A DNA stretch of 64,000 nucleotides from Octopus sinensis (taxonomy: Eukaryota): contig NC_042998.1 in NCBI RefSeq assembly GCF_006345805.1, forward strand, positions 206,894,001 to 206,958,000, in the 5' to 3' direction. Positions 39,451 to 50,280 of this stretch are shown here, in pieces. Position 1 is the stretch's first letter, and the number at the start of each line of letters is the position of its first letter. The notes under the pieces are model-generated. The model did no database searches and was not told the DNA's origin. It saw only the letters and a program-made list of their open reading frames with translations. Made by a program: the position numbers and the translations under genes.

Positions 39451-39860
39451 CTTATTTCTTTACTATCCACAAGGGGCTAAACATAGAGGGGACAAACAAG
39501 GACAGACAAACAGATTAAGTCGATTACATCAACCCCAGTGCGTAACTGGTACTTATTTAATCGACCCCGAAAAGATGAAAGGCAAAGTTGAGCTCGGTGG
39601 AATTTGAACTCAGAACGTAGCGACAGACGAAATACCCATCTCTTTACTACCCACAAGGGGCTAAACACAGAGAGGACAGACAAAGGGATTAAGTCGATTA
39701 CATCGACCCCAGTGCGTAACTGGTACTTATTTAATCGACTCCGAAAGGATGAAAGGCAAAGTCGACCTCGGCGGAATTTGAACTCAGAACATAGCAGCAG
39801 ATGAAATACTGCTAAGCATTTCACCTGGTGTGCTAACGTTTCTGCCAGCTCGCCGCCTGT
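39451..39860 (-). mobile_element. S2 SINE head plus two head-to-tail ~184-bp body units
   Basis: Junction at 39635/39636 (minus strand ...AAAGAGATGG|GTATTTCG). Confidence 0.85.
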
Positions 39861-39879
39861 AGATATATAACCATCATCA

Positions 39880-41920
39880 TCATCATCATCATCATTTAGC
39901 GTCCGTTTTCCATGCTAGCATGGGTTGGACGGTTCTACTGGGGTCTGTGAAGCCAGAAGGCTTCATCAGGCCCAGTCAAATCTGGCAGTGTTTCTACGGC
40001 TGGATGCCCTTCCTAACGCCAACCACTCCGTGAGTGTAGTGGGTGCTTTTTACGTGCCACCCGCACTGGTGCCAGACAGAGCTGGCAAACGGCCACGAAC
40101 GGATGGTGCTTTTTATGTGCCACCGGCACGAGGGCCAGGCGAGGCTGGCAACGGACACGAAACGGGGCGGTGCTGGCAACGGTCGCGAAACGGAAAGTTC
40201 TCTTACATGCCACCGGCACTGGTAACACATCTGCAATTTCATTGATCGATTTCGATTCTGATCCTCACTTGCCTCAATGGGTCTTCACAAGCAGAGTTTC
40301 GACATGCCACCGGCACTGGTAGCACATCCGCAATTTCCATTGATCGATTTCGATTCTGATCCTCACTTGCCTCAACACGTCTTCACAAGTAGAGTTTTTG
40401 TGTCTCAAGAAGGGAAGGTATGCATACGTAGGCTGGCTCCATCCCATGTAGAAGGCCACGGGTTGTGGACTCACTTGTCCTACCGGGTCTTCTCGCGCAC
40501 CAGCACACTTCCAGAGGTCTCGGTCTCTAGTCATTTCCTCAGTGAGACCTAAAGTTCGAAGGTCGTGCTTCACCACCTCGTCCCAGGTTTTCCTGGGTCT
40601 GCCTCTTCCACAGGTTCCCTCAACCGCTAGGGTGTGGCACTTTTCACACAACTATCTTCATCCATTCTCGCCACATGACCATACCAGCGCAAACATCTCT
40701 CTTGCACACCACAACTGATGCTTCTTAGGTCCAGCTTTTCTCTCAAGGTACTTACACTCTGCCGAGTGTGAGTACCGGCATTACACATCCATCGGAGCAT
40801 ACTGGCTTCTTTCTAGCGAGCTTACGCATATCCTCAGCAGTCACGGCCCATGTTTCACTGCCATGTAGCATGGCTGTTCGTACACACGCTCATACAGTCT
40901 GCCTTTCACTCTGTGCGAGAGGCCTTTTGTCACCAGCAGAGGTAAGAGCTCTCTGAACTTTGCCCAAGCTATTCTTACTCTAGCAGTTACACTTTCAGCA
41001 CACCCGCCCCCGCTGCTGACTTGGTCACCTAGGTAACGGAAACTATCAACTATTTCTAGTTTTTCTCCCTGGAAAGTGACGGAAGTTGGTCTCAGAGCAT
41101 TTTCAGTGTTTATTGTTCCTGAGCATCTGCCACATACAAAAACCATCTTCCTAGTTAGCCTTCTTTGACATTGCTGCATCTCTTATGTGTCCATAGCTTA
41201 CACTTGGTGCATCTTATAGAGTTTCTACCTACACCTTTTCTACAGATCGAGCAGGGCCATCTACCTGAAGGTGTTTGTGATTTGTCTACCTTCCTACTGA
41301 TTACGACTTTGGTTTTAGCTAGATTGACTCTGAGGCCCTTCGATTCTAATCCTTGTTTCCACACCTGAAACTTCTCCTCCAGTTCTGATAGCGACTCAGC
41401 AATTAGAGCAAGGTCATCAGCATAGAGGAGCTCCCAGGGCATCCTGTCTTGAATTCCCCGTTTTGCCTGGAGGACTATGATAAATAGGAGGGGGCTGAGT
41501 ACTGAGCCTTGGTGACCCCTACCTCTACGCGGAATTCTTCACTGTACTCATTTCCAACCCTCACCCTACTAGCGGCGTCCCTATACATGGCCCGCACAGC
41601 TCTCACTAACCATTCATCTATCCCTAGTTTTCTCATTGCCCACCAGATAAGGGATCGGGGGACCCTGTCGAAGGCTTTCTCCATGTCAACAAAAGCCAGG
41701 TACAGGGGCTTATCTTTGGCTAGGTATTTCTCCTGCAGCTGCCTTACCAGGAATATAGCATCAGTAGTACTTTTCCCTGGCACGAACCCAAACTGCATCT
41801 CATCTAAACTAACTCTCTCTCTAATTAGTTGGGCTATGACCCTCTCCGTAACCTTCATCACCTGGTCCAACAGCTTGATACCTCTGTAGTTATTTGTATC
41901 TAGGGCATCACCTTTACCTT
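39880..41920 (-). mobile_element. 5'-truncated RTE LINE (~2 kb: RT domain to 3' tail), frameshifted
   Basis: NNYRGIKLL...MQFGFVPGKSTTDAIF...FVDMEKAFDRVP...PWELLYADDL...FRYLG...GRPRKTWDEVV plus the 3' UTR and (GAT)n. Confidence 0.93.
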
Positions 41921-42257
41921 TACCTTTACCCATTAACCAATTTAATGGAATCCATGTAACCATAGATTGTCTCTTGTTATTCATCAAAGTGGGTTCAAAT
42001 CCCACCAAGGCTGACTTTGCTTCTCATCTCATTGATCGGAGTTAATCAAATGTGCAGATGGTGGTGTGCCTGAGGCTTCTTTAAGCAAAGTGACTTTGGC
42101 TGAGAATTCTCAATGAATCTTTTTAAGTGTTGCTTGTGCTTTAAGGGTGATTGAGAAGAAATCCCCTGAGGCAGGTTACCTGGTTCCATGGGACACAAGT
42201 GACCAAGATCACAAGATTCTCCCTCGTATGGGATGCCAGTCCATTAATGGGTTCACG

Positions 42258-42555
42258 GCATATAGTGTAGTGGTTAAGAGCGCGGGATACTAACCCCAAG
42301 ATTCTGAGTTCGATTCCAGGCAGTGAGCTGAATAATATTAATAATGATAATAATAATAATAATATCGAAAAATACCTTAGGAATGAGAACTCAGGTTCAA
42401 AATTTCACTAAGACACCTGATGAAGGCTGGAGGGTATATCAGCTGAAACGTTGTGTTAACAACAAACAAGATGAGGACAAATATCCGTCAAATGTAAATA
42501 ATTCCTCATCTCTTAAATATAGAATTGAATAATAATAATAATAGTAATAATAATA
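42258..42555 (+). mobile_element. Family A: tRNA-derived head, (AAT)n, hammerhead-bearing tail, (AAT)n
   Basis: A-box TAGTGTAGTGG 42263-42273, B-box GAGTTCGATTCC 42306-42317, tail 42365-42528. Confidence 0.75.
42412..42457 (+). ncRNA. Minimal type-I hammerhead-like motif (family A)
   Basis: GACAC-CTGATGA-A-GGCTG(GAGGGTATAT)CAGCT-GAAA-CG-TT-GTGTT. Helix I GACAC:GTGTT, palindrome AACGTT. Confidence 0.7.
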
Positions 42556-42691
42556 GGAGTGAAAACTATTGAAAAGGTTGCAAGATGCAACGAAAATTTT
42601 AGAAAAATAGAGAGAAATAAATGGAAATTTTATTGGTGATGTGTTAGATTATAATGCATCAAAAGAGAATGACTCTCTCCAGACACAACAG

Positions 42692-42873
42692 AATAATAAT
42701 AACACTGAAAAATACCTTAGGAATGAGAACCCAGGTTTGAAATTTCCCCAAGACCCTGGTGAAGGCTGGAGGGTATCTCAGCCGAAACGTATTAACAACA
42801 AACAAGATGAGGACAAATATCTGTCAAATGTAAATAATGTACATAATTCCTCATCTCTTAAATATAGAACTGT
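42692..42873 (+). mobile_element. Second family A tail, 340 bp downstream; core mutated (CTGGTGA), helix I eroded
   Basis: Colinear with 42365-42528. Confidence 0.75.
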
Positions 42874-43769
42874 AAGACTTGATTGGTTCTGTATTTTAAT
42901 CTACCTGGAAAGGTCGAAAGGCAAAACTGAACTTAACAGGATTTGAACCGAGAATGTAAGGAGGCAGAGGAGCAGCCAACCCACCTCCTACCATGTATTA
43001 TTGGATTTGAAAAACATGATGGAATAATACCATGCAATACCATGTTGCCATTGCCGCCTGACTGGCTCCCGTGCTAGTGGCATGTAAAAAGCACCATTCA
43101 AGCATGGTCGATACCAATACTGCGTGACTGGCCCTTGTGCCAGTGGCATGTAAAAGCACCCACTACACTCTCAGAGTGGTTGGCGTTAGGAAGGGCATCC
43201 AGCTGTAGAAACATTGCCAGATCAGATTGGAGCCTGGTGCAGCCTCCTGGCTTCCCAGACTCCGGTTGAACCTTCCAACCCATGCTAGCATGGAAAGCAT
43301 TAATACACACACACACGCCGCATTGCGCACACCTAAGTATACTGCGGTGTTTTTGTGGCCAATATGTTCTCTTTTACTTGTTTCAGTCATTTGACTGCGG
43401 CCATGCTGGAGCACTGCCTTTTAATCGAGCAACTCGACCCCGGGACTTATTCTTTTTGTAAGCCCAGTACTTATTCTATCGGTCTCTTTTGCCGAACCGT
43501 TAAGTAACGGGGACATAAACACACCTGCATCGGTTGTCAAGCAAGGCTAGGGGGACAAACAGACACACACACGCATATATATATATATATACATATATAT
43601 ACGACGGGCTTCTTTTCAGTTTCCGTCTACCAAATCCACTCACAAGTTTTTAGTCGGCCCGAGGCTATAGTAGAAGACACTTGCCCAAGGTGCCACGCAG
43701 TGGGACTGAACCCGGAACCATGTGGTTGGTAAGCAAGCTACTTACCACACAGCCACTCCTGCGCCTATT

Positions 43770-44868
43770 TATATTCCTTAGATTTTAATTATTTCTGTGG
43801 GAGGTTTTGGAACGTAACACCTTGCGATGGTTGAGGGATTACTGTAATTGGAATTCAAACAGGTGGTGCACCCTGACGGCAGTTATTGCAAGGGAGGTAA
43901 CCACTTCTAGATAAATCAGGAAGTGGTTAGAATTTGGGTTTTTTAAACTGGAGAGTAACAAAGAAGAGGCAGAATACATTTGCAAAATACGAAAATACGG
44001 CAAAAAAATTGATAATTTAAGATAAATAGAAAATATTTTTTTATTATTCATATCACATAAACACTGATTGAAGGAGATCACACTCCTAATTAAATTTTAG
44101 CAAACCTCCAAATTGTTTTGACAACAGCTTGGATTGATGTGGTGTTGTTGTTGTTGTTGATGATGATGATGTTACTGCTTTCAACTCTGTTGTTATTGTT
44201 GTTGGACATGTTCATAGGTGTGTGCGCGTGTGTGTGTATGTGTGTCATTATGTGTGTTTAAATTGGGAGGAATTAATAATAATAATAATAATAATGATAA
44301 ACGGGCTTCAGAAAGGGATTATTAATTTGCATATAATGAGTGGCGTTTCCATGGTGATCCAGCGACAACAACAACATTGATGCTGAGCTACCGACATCAT
44401 TAAGTGTGGGGGGTGGGGATTGGGGTTGAGGGTGGTTGGGGGAATTTTCCACAGAGAAGTTCCGCAGCTTTTAATGCCATATAACCGAGAAGAAATCACA
44501 CAGTCCATGAAAAGGTCATGTTAGGAAGGACTTCTTGGTCTCAAAAGACCATCACTATCAACGAGATTAATTAATTAGTATAATTATTGTTGTTATTTAA
44601 TCTGGGAGAAAAGTGTCTTTTTGTGTTTTTTTTTTTATTAATTAATTAATTTATATATTTTATTTTATTTTATTTTATTTTTTTTCCTGTGTTTTTTCCT
44701 CTTTGCAAGACTTTTCCATTTTTCTTTTTCTTCTTTTTCTTATTTCTTCATCCCTCCTGAAGGAACGGTGAAGACAACAGCACTAGCAGCAACATAAATC
44801 AGGACACACCTCCACATACACATTTTTTGTTTCTTTTTCCATTTTTGTTTTTGTTCTTTTTTTTATTT
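43770..44868 (-). other. RAB21: Probable Rab21 3' UTR (extent uncertain)
   Basis: TE-poor, A/U-rich unique sequence directly after the stop codon, with several AATAAA candidates (e.g. 44040-44045). True poly(A) site not determinable. Confidence 0.4.
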
Positions 44869-44984
44869 TTAACAGCATCCACTCGACTTCCGCTCCGCCG
44901 GCTCATCTTCCACAACCATCACGGTCTTCCGGTTGTTTGTTCCTCTTTTGTTTTGACAATTGCTGTCGGCTTTTTCAATCATAC
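44869..44984 (-). CDS. RAB21: Rab21 terminal coding exon with C-terminal CC geranylgeranylation motif
   Basis: T|GT gives Cys, then MIEKADSNCQNKRGTNNRKTVMVVEDEPAERKSSGCC-stop (TAA 44871-44869). Acceptor tccttcgttgcAG. Resembles the Rab21 tail (MIE...V.vvEDEP...GCC). Confidence 0.92.
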
Positions 44985-45225
44985 CTGCAACGAAGGACCG
45001 AAACAAACAAATAAATATAACAGCTCTAAAATAAAAAGACAAAATACAAAAAAAAAAAACAATGTAGGAGTGGCTGTGTGGTAAGTAGCTTGCTAAACAA
45101 CCACATGGTTCCAGGTTCAGTCCCACTGTGTGGCACCTTGGGCAAGTGTCTTCTGCTATAGCCCCGGGCCGACCAAAGCCTTGTGAGTGGATTTGGTAGA
45201 CGGAAACTGAAAGAAGCGTGACGTA

Positions 45226-45262
<37 letters not shown>

Positions 45263-45884
45263 ATGTGCGTGTATGTGTTTGTGTGTATGTGTTTGTCCCA
45301 TCCAACATCACTTGACAACCGATGCTGGTGTGTTTACGTGCCCATCACTTAGCGGTTCGGCAAAAGAGACCGATACAATAAGTACTGGGCTTACAAAGAA
45401 TAAGTCCCGGGGTCGATTTGCTCGACTAAAGGCGGTGCTCCAGCATGGCCGCAGTCAAATGACTGAAACAAGTAAAAGAGTAAAAGAGAGAGTAATAGGT
45501 GCAGGCATGGGTGTGTGGCAGAAAGTTTGCTTCCCAACCACAGGGTTCCAGGTTCAGTCCCATTGCATGGCACCATGGGCAAGTAAGTGTCTTCGGCCTT
45601 GGGCCAACCAAAGCCTTGTGAGCAGATTCGGTAGACGGAAACTGAAAGAAGCCTGTCGTGTGTGTGTGTGTGTGTCTTTAAGTCTGTGCTTGTCCCCCCC
45701 CCCCCACCACCACCAACACTTGACACTAGTTCTGCCAGCTAAATCCATTCTCAAGACTTTGGTCAGCTGGCGATATGATAGAGAACGTTTGCTCAAGGTG
45801 CTGTGCAGTGGGACTGAACCGGAAGCCATGTGGTTAGGAAGGAAGCTTTATACCTCATGGCCACACCTATCTATGTAGATATAT

Positions 45885-46085
45885 ATATAGGGAGAATTCA
45901 CGAAAAAAACAAAAGATGAAGACAGGTGGTGTACAAAACAAACAGATGTATTAGTATAACGCTCAGGAATAGAAAAAGTCTTTTACGTTTCGAGCCTACG
46001 CTCTTCTACAGAAAGGGACACAGAAAAAACAAGGAGAGAAAAAAATGTGTGCAGTGGCTAACGATCTATCATGGCGACTATATAT
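45885..46085 (-). mobile_element. Family D short element in (TA)n, with hammerhead-like motif
   Basis: About 190 bp of non-coding sequence bounded by (TA)n on both sides; single copy in the window. Confidence 0.5.
45980..46015 (-). ncRNA. Hammerhead-like motif with CUGUAGA core variant (family D)
   Basis: Minus strand CTTT-CTGTAGA-A-GAGC(GTAG)GCTC-GAAA-CG-TA-AAAG. Confidence 0.5.
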
Positions 46086-46844
46086 ATATATGTATATATA
46101 TGCATTGTGCTAGTGCCACATAAAAAGGACATGTGCAGGTGGCAGAGAAAAAGATCTGTGCTGGTGCCATGTGAATGGTACCCGGTCCACCCTGTGAAGA
46201 GGTTGGCATTAAGAAGGGCACCTAGTCATAGAAACCATACGAGACTTTGGGGCATGACAAAGTCCTCTGGCTCATTCCACCCTTTCAAATATGGAGCCTG
46301 AGCAGCTGGCCAGATCCTGTCAAACCGTCCAGTCCATGCCAGCATGGAAAATAGACGTATGATGAGGATGATGATGATAATGTGTGCTATCATCATCATC
46401 ATCATCGTTTAACGTCCGTTTTCTGCGCTAGCACGGGTTGGACGGTTCGACCGGGGTCTGGGAAGCCAGGGGCTGCACCAGGCTCCAGTCTGATCTGGCA
46501 GTGTTTCTACGGCTGGATGCCCTTCCTAACACCAACCAATCCGCGAGTGTAGTGGGTGCTTTTACGTGCCACCTGCACAGGAGCCAGGGGGGTCTGGCAT
46601 CGGCCACGATCGGCTGGCGCTTTTAACGTGCCATCAGCACGGAAGCCAGCCAAGGCGGTGCTGGCATCGGCCACGTTCGGATGGTGCTTTTTATGTGCCA
46701 CTGGCACAAAAGCCAGTCAAGGCGGCGCTGGCATCGGCCACGTTCGGATGGTGCTTTTTATGTACTACCGGCACAGAAGCCAGTCGAAGCCAGAAATTGT
46801 GTGCTATGTGTGTATTATAATGTATTGATATGTAACACACATTA

Positions 46845-47095
46845 GAGGCGTGTGGGTTAGTGGTTAGGGTGTTGGACTCGTGATCGTAAGATTGTGGTTT
46901 CGATTTCTGGGTTGGGCGATGCATTGTGTTTTTGAGCAAAACACTTCATTTCATGTTGCTCCAGTCCACTCAGCTGGCAAAAGTGAGTTAATTCTGCGAT
47001 GGACTGGCGTCCCATCCAGGAGGGGAAATTATACGCCAATGAAACCGGGAAGCCGGCCCTTATGAGCCTGGCATGGCTTGAGAAGGAAACATTTA
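46845..47095 (+). mobile_element. tRNA-derived SINE with V-domain-like core
   Basis: Head gggttagtggttagg...ggtttcgatttc; core ctgcgatggactggcgtcccatccagg resembles the V-SINE domain (from memory). Confidence 0.6.
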
Positions 47096-47183
47096 TTTTT
47101 TTTATTTTACACGTAACAACACACACACACACACACACAAATGTGTGGAGGGGAGATGAAAAAGAGAACACCGTGTCACCTAC

Positions 47184-47272
47184 ATTTGCTGAGGTCTAAA
47201 AAGAGTTCTTCAGTTCCTTTGTTCAGCTTGGCAGAAGTATGGAAATGTTTGGCACCCACAGACTCTGCATAA
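47184..47272 (-). CDS. RAB21: Rab21 coding exon (G5 TSAK motif), 89 bp, phase 2/1; not in ORF track
   Basis: AG|T gives Ser, then YAESVGAKHFHTSAKLNKGTEELFLDLSK plus T. Acceptor ttccttctttttctAG, donor GTaggt. Confidence 0.95.
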
Positions 47273-47456
47273 CTAGAAAAAGAAGGAAAATTTTACAATA
47301 ATATCTCAGACCGTTTGCAAGACATAGCAATTAGTTTTCCTTTCCCAAAATTTACATAGCCTTACATATCAAAACTCATACTCCCTGCCAAAAAAAAGAG
47401 ACAGATAACCATGGTTGATGAGGTCTAGGTCAGGGACTAAAGAACAATTATTGAAC

Positions 47457-47890
47457 ATAATTTACATTTGACGGATATTTGTCCTCATCTTGTTTGTTAA
47501 CACAATGTTTCAGCTGATATACCCTCCAGCCTTCATCAGGTGTCTTGGGGAAATTTCTAACCTGGGTTCTCATTCCTAAGCTATTTTTTGATGTTTATTA
47601 TTATTATTATTATTATTCAGGTCACTGCTTGGAATCATGAGCATATGGCGTAATGGTTAAGAGCACAGGCTACTAACCCCAAGATTCTGAGTTTGATTCC
47701 AGGCAGAGACCTGAATAATAATAATAATAACAACATCATAAAATACCTTAGGAATGAGAACCCAGGTTAGAAATTTCCCCAAATTGAAGGCCTGAGGGTA
47801 TATCAGCCAAAACATTGTGTTAATAACAAAGATAAGGACAAATATCTATCAAATGTAAGTAATTCCTCATCTCTTAAATATAGAACTGTA
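47457..47890. mobile_element. Head-to-head inverted pair of family A elements
   Basis: Minus copy 47457-47636 (tail plus 3' end of the tRNA head); plus copy 47641-47890 (full head, tail with deleted core). Confidence 0.8.
47499..47544 (-). ncRNA. Hammerhead-like motif (family A), sense to Rab21 intron
   Basis: Minus strand GACAC-CTGATGA-A-GGCTG(GAGGGTATAT)CAGCT-GAAA-CA-TT-GTGTT; the palindrome AACGTT has decayed to AACATT. Confidence 0.6.
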
Positions 47891-47943
47891 TTATTGAACA
47901 TATTGTAAATAAAAGGACAACTGAGAGGGAAATCATTAAAATA

Positions 47944-49955
47944 TTGAGTTGAGTCAGAAGTTTTGCAATAATTTGGTAACTTCTTTGCTTTATTCATCAA
48001 ATTACAACAAAAAGCAACCTAGAATTCAAAGTAGAGGCCATCGTGTGGCACCGTCTGAAGCCGTCTTTCTGCCAGTTCTTTGACCCCACACTGACACCAG
48101 TTCTTGTCTTTCGAGGGGAAGAATTCCTTCAATGAAGCTTCTGCCTTTTCTTGGTTGATGAAGCATCATGAACAGAGGAAGTGAACCATGGATTGGAACA
48201 AGTGATAATCCGAGGGAGTTAGGGGCCAGACTATGTGCTGGGTGTGGCACCAGTTTGATTTCCTCAAGTTTCTGGAGTTTATTCCGGATCTTTCAAGCGA
48301 TATGAGAGGTCTTGTGTTTTCTTGCTGCAGAAGAACTCACTTTTTGTTAACCAATGCTGGGTATTTTTGCCAGACAATGGCTTTCATCCGCTGGAGCTGT
48401 TCAGAGTACAAGTTGGCATCGATGGTTTGACCGTTTGGAATGAACTTTTGAATTTTGCCCTCAAATCAAAGTTGAAATCAAACTTGGTGACTGGCATCCG
48501 TTGCTAGTGGAGCGCTAAGAGTACCATATGAGAGAGATTGTTGCCAGAACAACAAGCTGGCCTTTGTGTCGATGGCACGTTAAGCACCATTCAAGTGTGA
48601 TCATTACTGTGTTGCCTTACTAGCACTTGTGCTGGTGGCACGTGAAACATTTGAGCGAGGTTGATGCCAGTGCCGCTGGACTGGCTCCTGTGCAGGTGGC
48701 ACGTAAAATGCACAATTTGGGCGTGGCCGTTGCCAGTACCACCAAACTGTCACGTAAAAGCACCCACTACACTCTCGGAGCTGTTGGCGTTAGGAAGGGC
48801 ATCCAGCTGTAGAAACTCTGCCAGATCAGATTGGAGTCTGGTTCGCCAGACCTCAGTCAAATCGTCCAACCCATGCTAGCATGGAAAGCGGACGTTAAAT
48901 GATGACGATGAATTCCATGAGATGCAGAGCTTCATCACCTGTTAGAAACATCCGTGCCTGACGACAAGTTCTGGAAGTTGGCTCTTGCCTAACCACTGCT
49001 TCTGTGCAAAGAAATCTCCTTCGGATTATCCCTTGCACCAATCCATGGCTCACTTGCAGCGTTCACAATGCTTCTTCAACCAAGAAGTGGTGGAAGCTTC
49101 AGTGAAGGACTTCTTCCCCTCGAAAGACAAGAACTGGTATCGGTGTGGGATCAAAGAACTGGCCAAAAGGTGGCTTCAGACAGTGCCACACGATGGCCTC
49201 TACATGAAATGCTCAACTGCTTTTGTTGTAACTTGATCAACAAAGCAAATACGGGATCTTTTCGGTTTGAACAGCAGTTTTTTCTAGCGGTGTCCTATGA
49301 AATTGTCACCCATAATTATGACCCTAGTATCGATCTATTGCATTTCAATCTGTTTTAGGGGTGGGGGGAAGGGTATCTTTTTTTCTTCAGAAATGTAAAT
49401 AAACCCAATCTGTTTCTTAAACGAGGGACATATTCATACGGCACAGAATGTTTTCACCTCAATAGACGTCATTGATTGGTTGAAATTGCAGAAATTGAAG
49501 AAAAAAAACAACAAATATCTTACAAACCATAGAATTTTCTCAATAAAACGAAGAGAAAAAGATGTTTTATAAACACATTCTACCAGTATACGAAGTTTTA
49601 AAGTGTTTAGTTACATGGAAATTATTTTAAAAAACTGCCGGTCAAACCAAAAAGATCCATGTTTCGTAAACGAGGGACATGTTCATACGGTACAGAATGT
49701 TTTTTTTACCTCAATAGACGTCATTGATTGGTTGAAATTGCAGAAATTGAAGAAAAACAACAACAAATATCTTACAAACTACAGAATTTTTTCAATAAAG
49801 CCGAGAGAAAAAGATGTTTTATAAACACATTCTACCAGTATACAAAGTTTAAAAGTGTTTAGTTAAATGGAAATTATTTAAAAAAACTGCCGTCCAAACG
49901 GAAAAGATCCCAAATACGTTACCAAAATACTGCAAAACTTCTGACTCCACACAAA
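47944..49955. mobile_element. Mariner derivative with two mirrored 3' ends (~270-bp arms), interrupted by an RTE 3' end (~48480-48910) and a MITE
   Basis: TIR TTGAGTTGAGTCAGAAGTTTTGCA on the left with a matching right end once the MITE is removed. The transposase C-terminus (...KDKNWY..GIKELAKRW) is present on both strands. Confidence 0.8.
49253..49911. mobile_element. Unclassified TIR MITE with 6-bp TSD AAATAC and a duplicated right end
   Basis: GGGATCTTTTCGGTTTG...CAAACGGAAAAGATCCC; AAATAC at 49247-49252 and 49912-49917; ~240-bp internal tandem duplication. Confidence 0.8.
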
Positions 49956-49990
49956 TAATTCCCAATGAAATATTTTATTAGTAAACTTAC

Positions 49991-50109
49991 CTTTCTGCAT
50001 CGGACACAGACACATGCCGTTCTTTTTCTAAGTCTATTTTATTACCGGCAATACACAAACAGATGTCATTCCCTAGCATTTTGCGAAGTTCTTTCACCCA
50101 GTTCTTAAC
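49991..50109 (-). CDS. RAB21: Rab21 coding exon (G4 NKID motif), 119 bp, phase 0/2; not in ORF track
   Basis: Translates VKNWVKELRKMLGNDICLCIAGNKIDLEKERHVSVSDAE plus AG. Acceptor ttttttctttcctgaatcAG, donor GTaagt. Joins in frame with the upstream exon. Confidence 0.97.
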
Positions 50110-50280
50110 CTGATTCAGGAAAGAAAAAACAAAGTAGAATTATCAGATATAAAAGAATTCTGGTTTCATTTTCGTTATTTTGTTATTAGAAGATAAATGA
50201 AATTTAAAAATCAACTAAGGGGAAATAACTCCTGATTGAACAAAAATAATGTTCTTGTTCCAATATATTTCATGTTTTTT

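Noticed and set aside
42258-42330. Functional tRNA gene (also 25361-25435, 46845-46915 and 47641-47712)
   Set aside because: A/B boxes are present but there is no closed acceptor stem, and each continues into a SINE body.
44361-44410. C/D-box snoRNA-like segment in the Rab21 3' region
   Set aside because: Only a partial box C, no matched box D or terminal stem.
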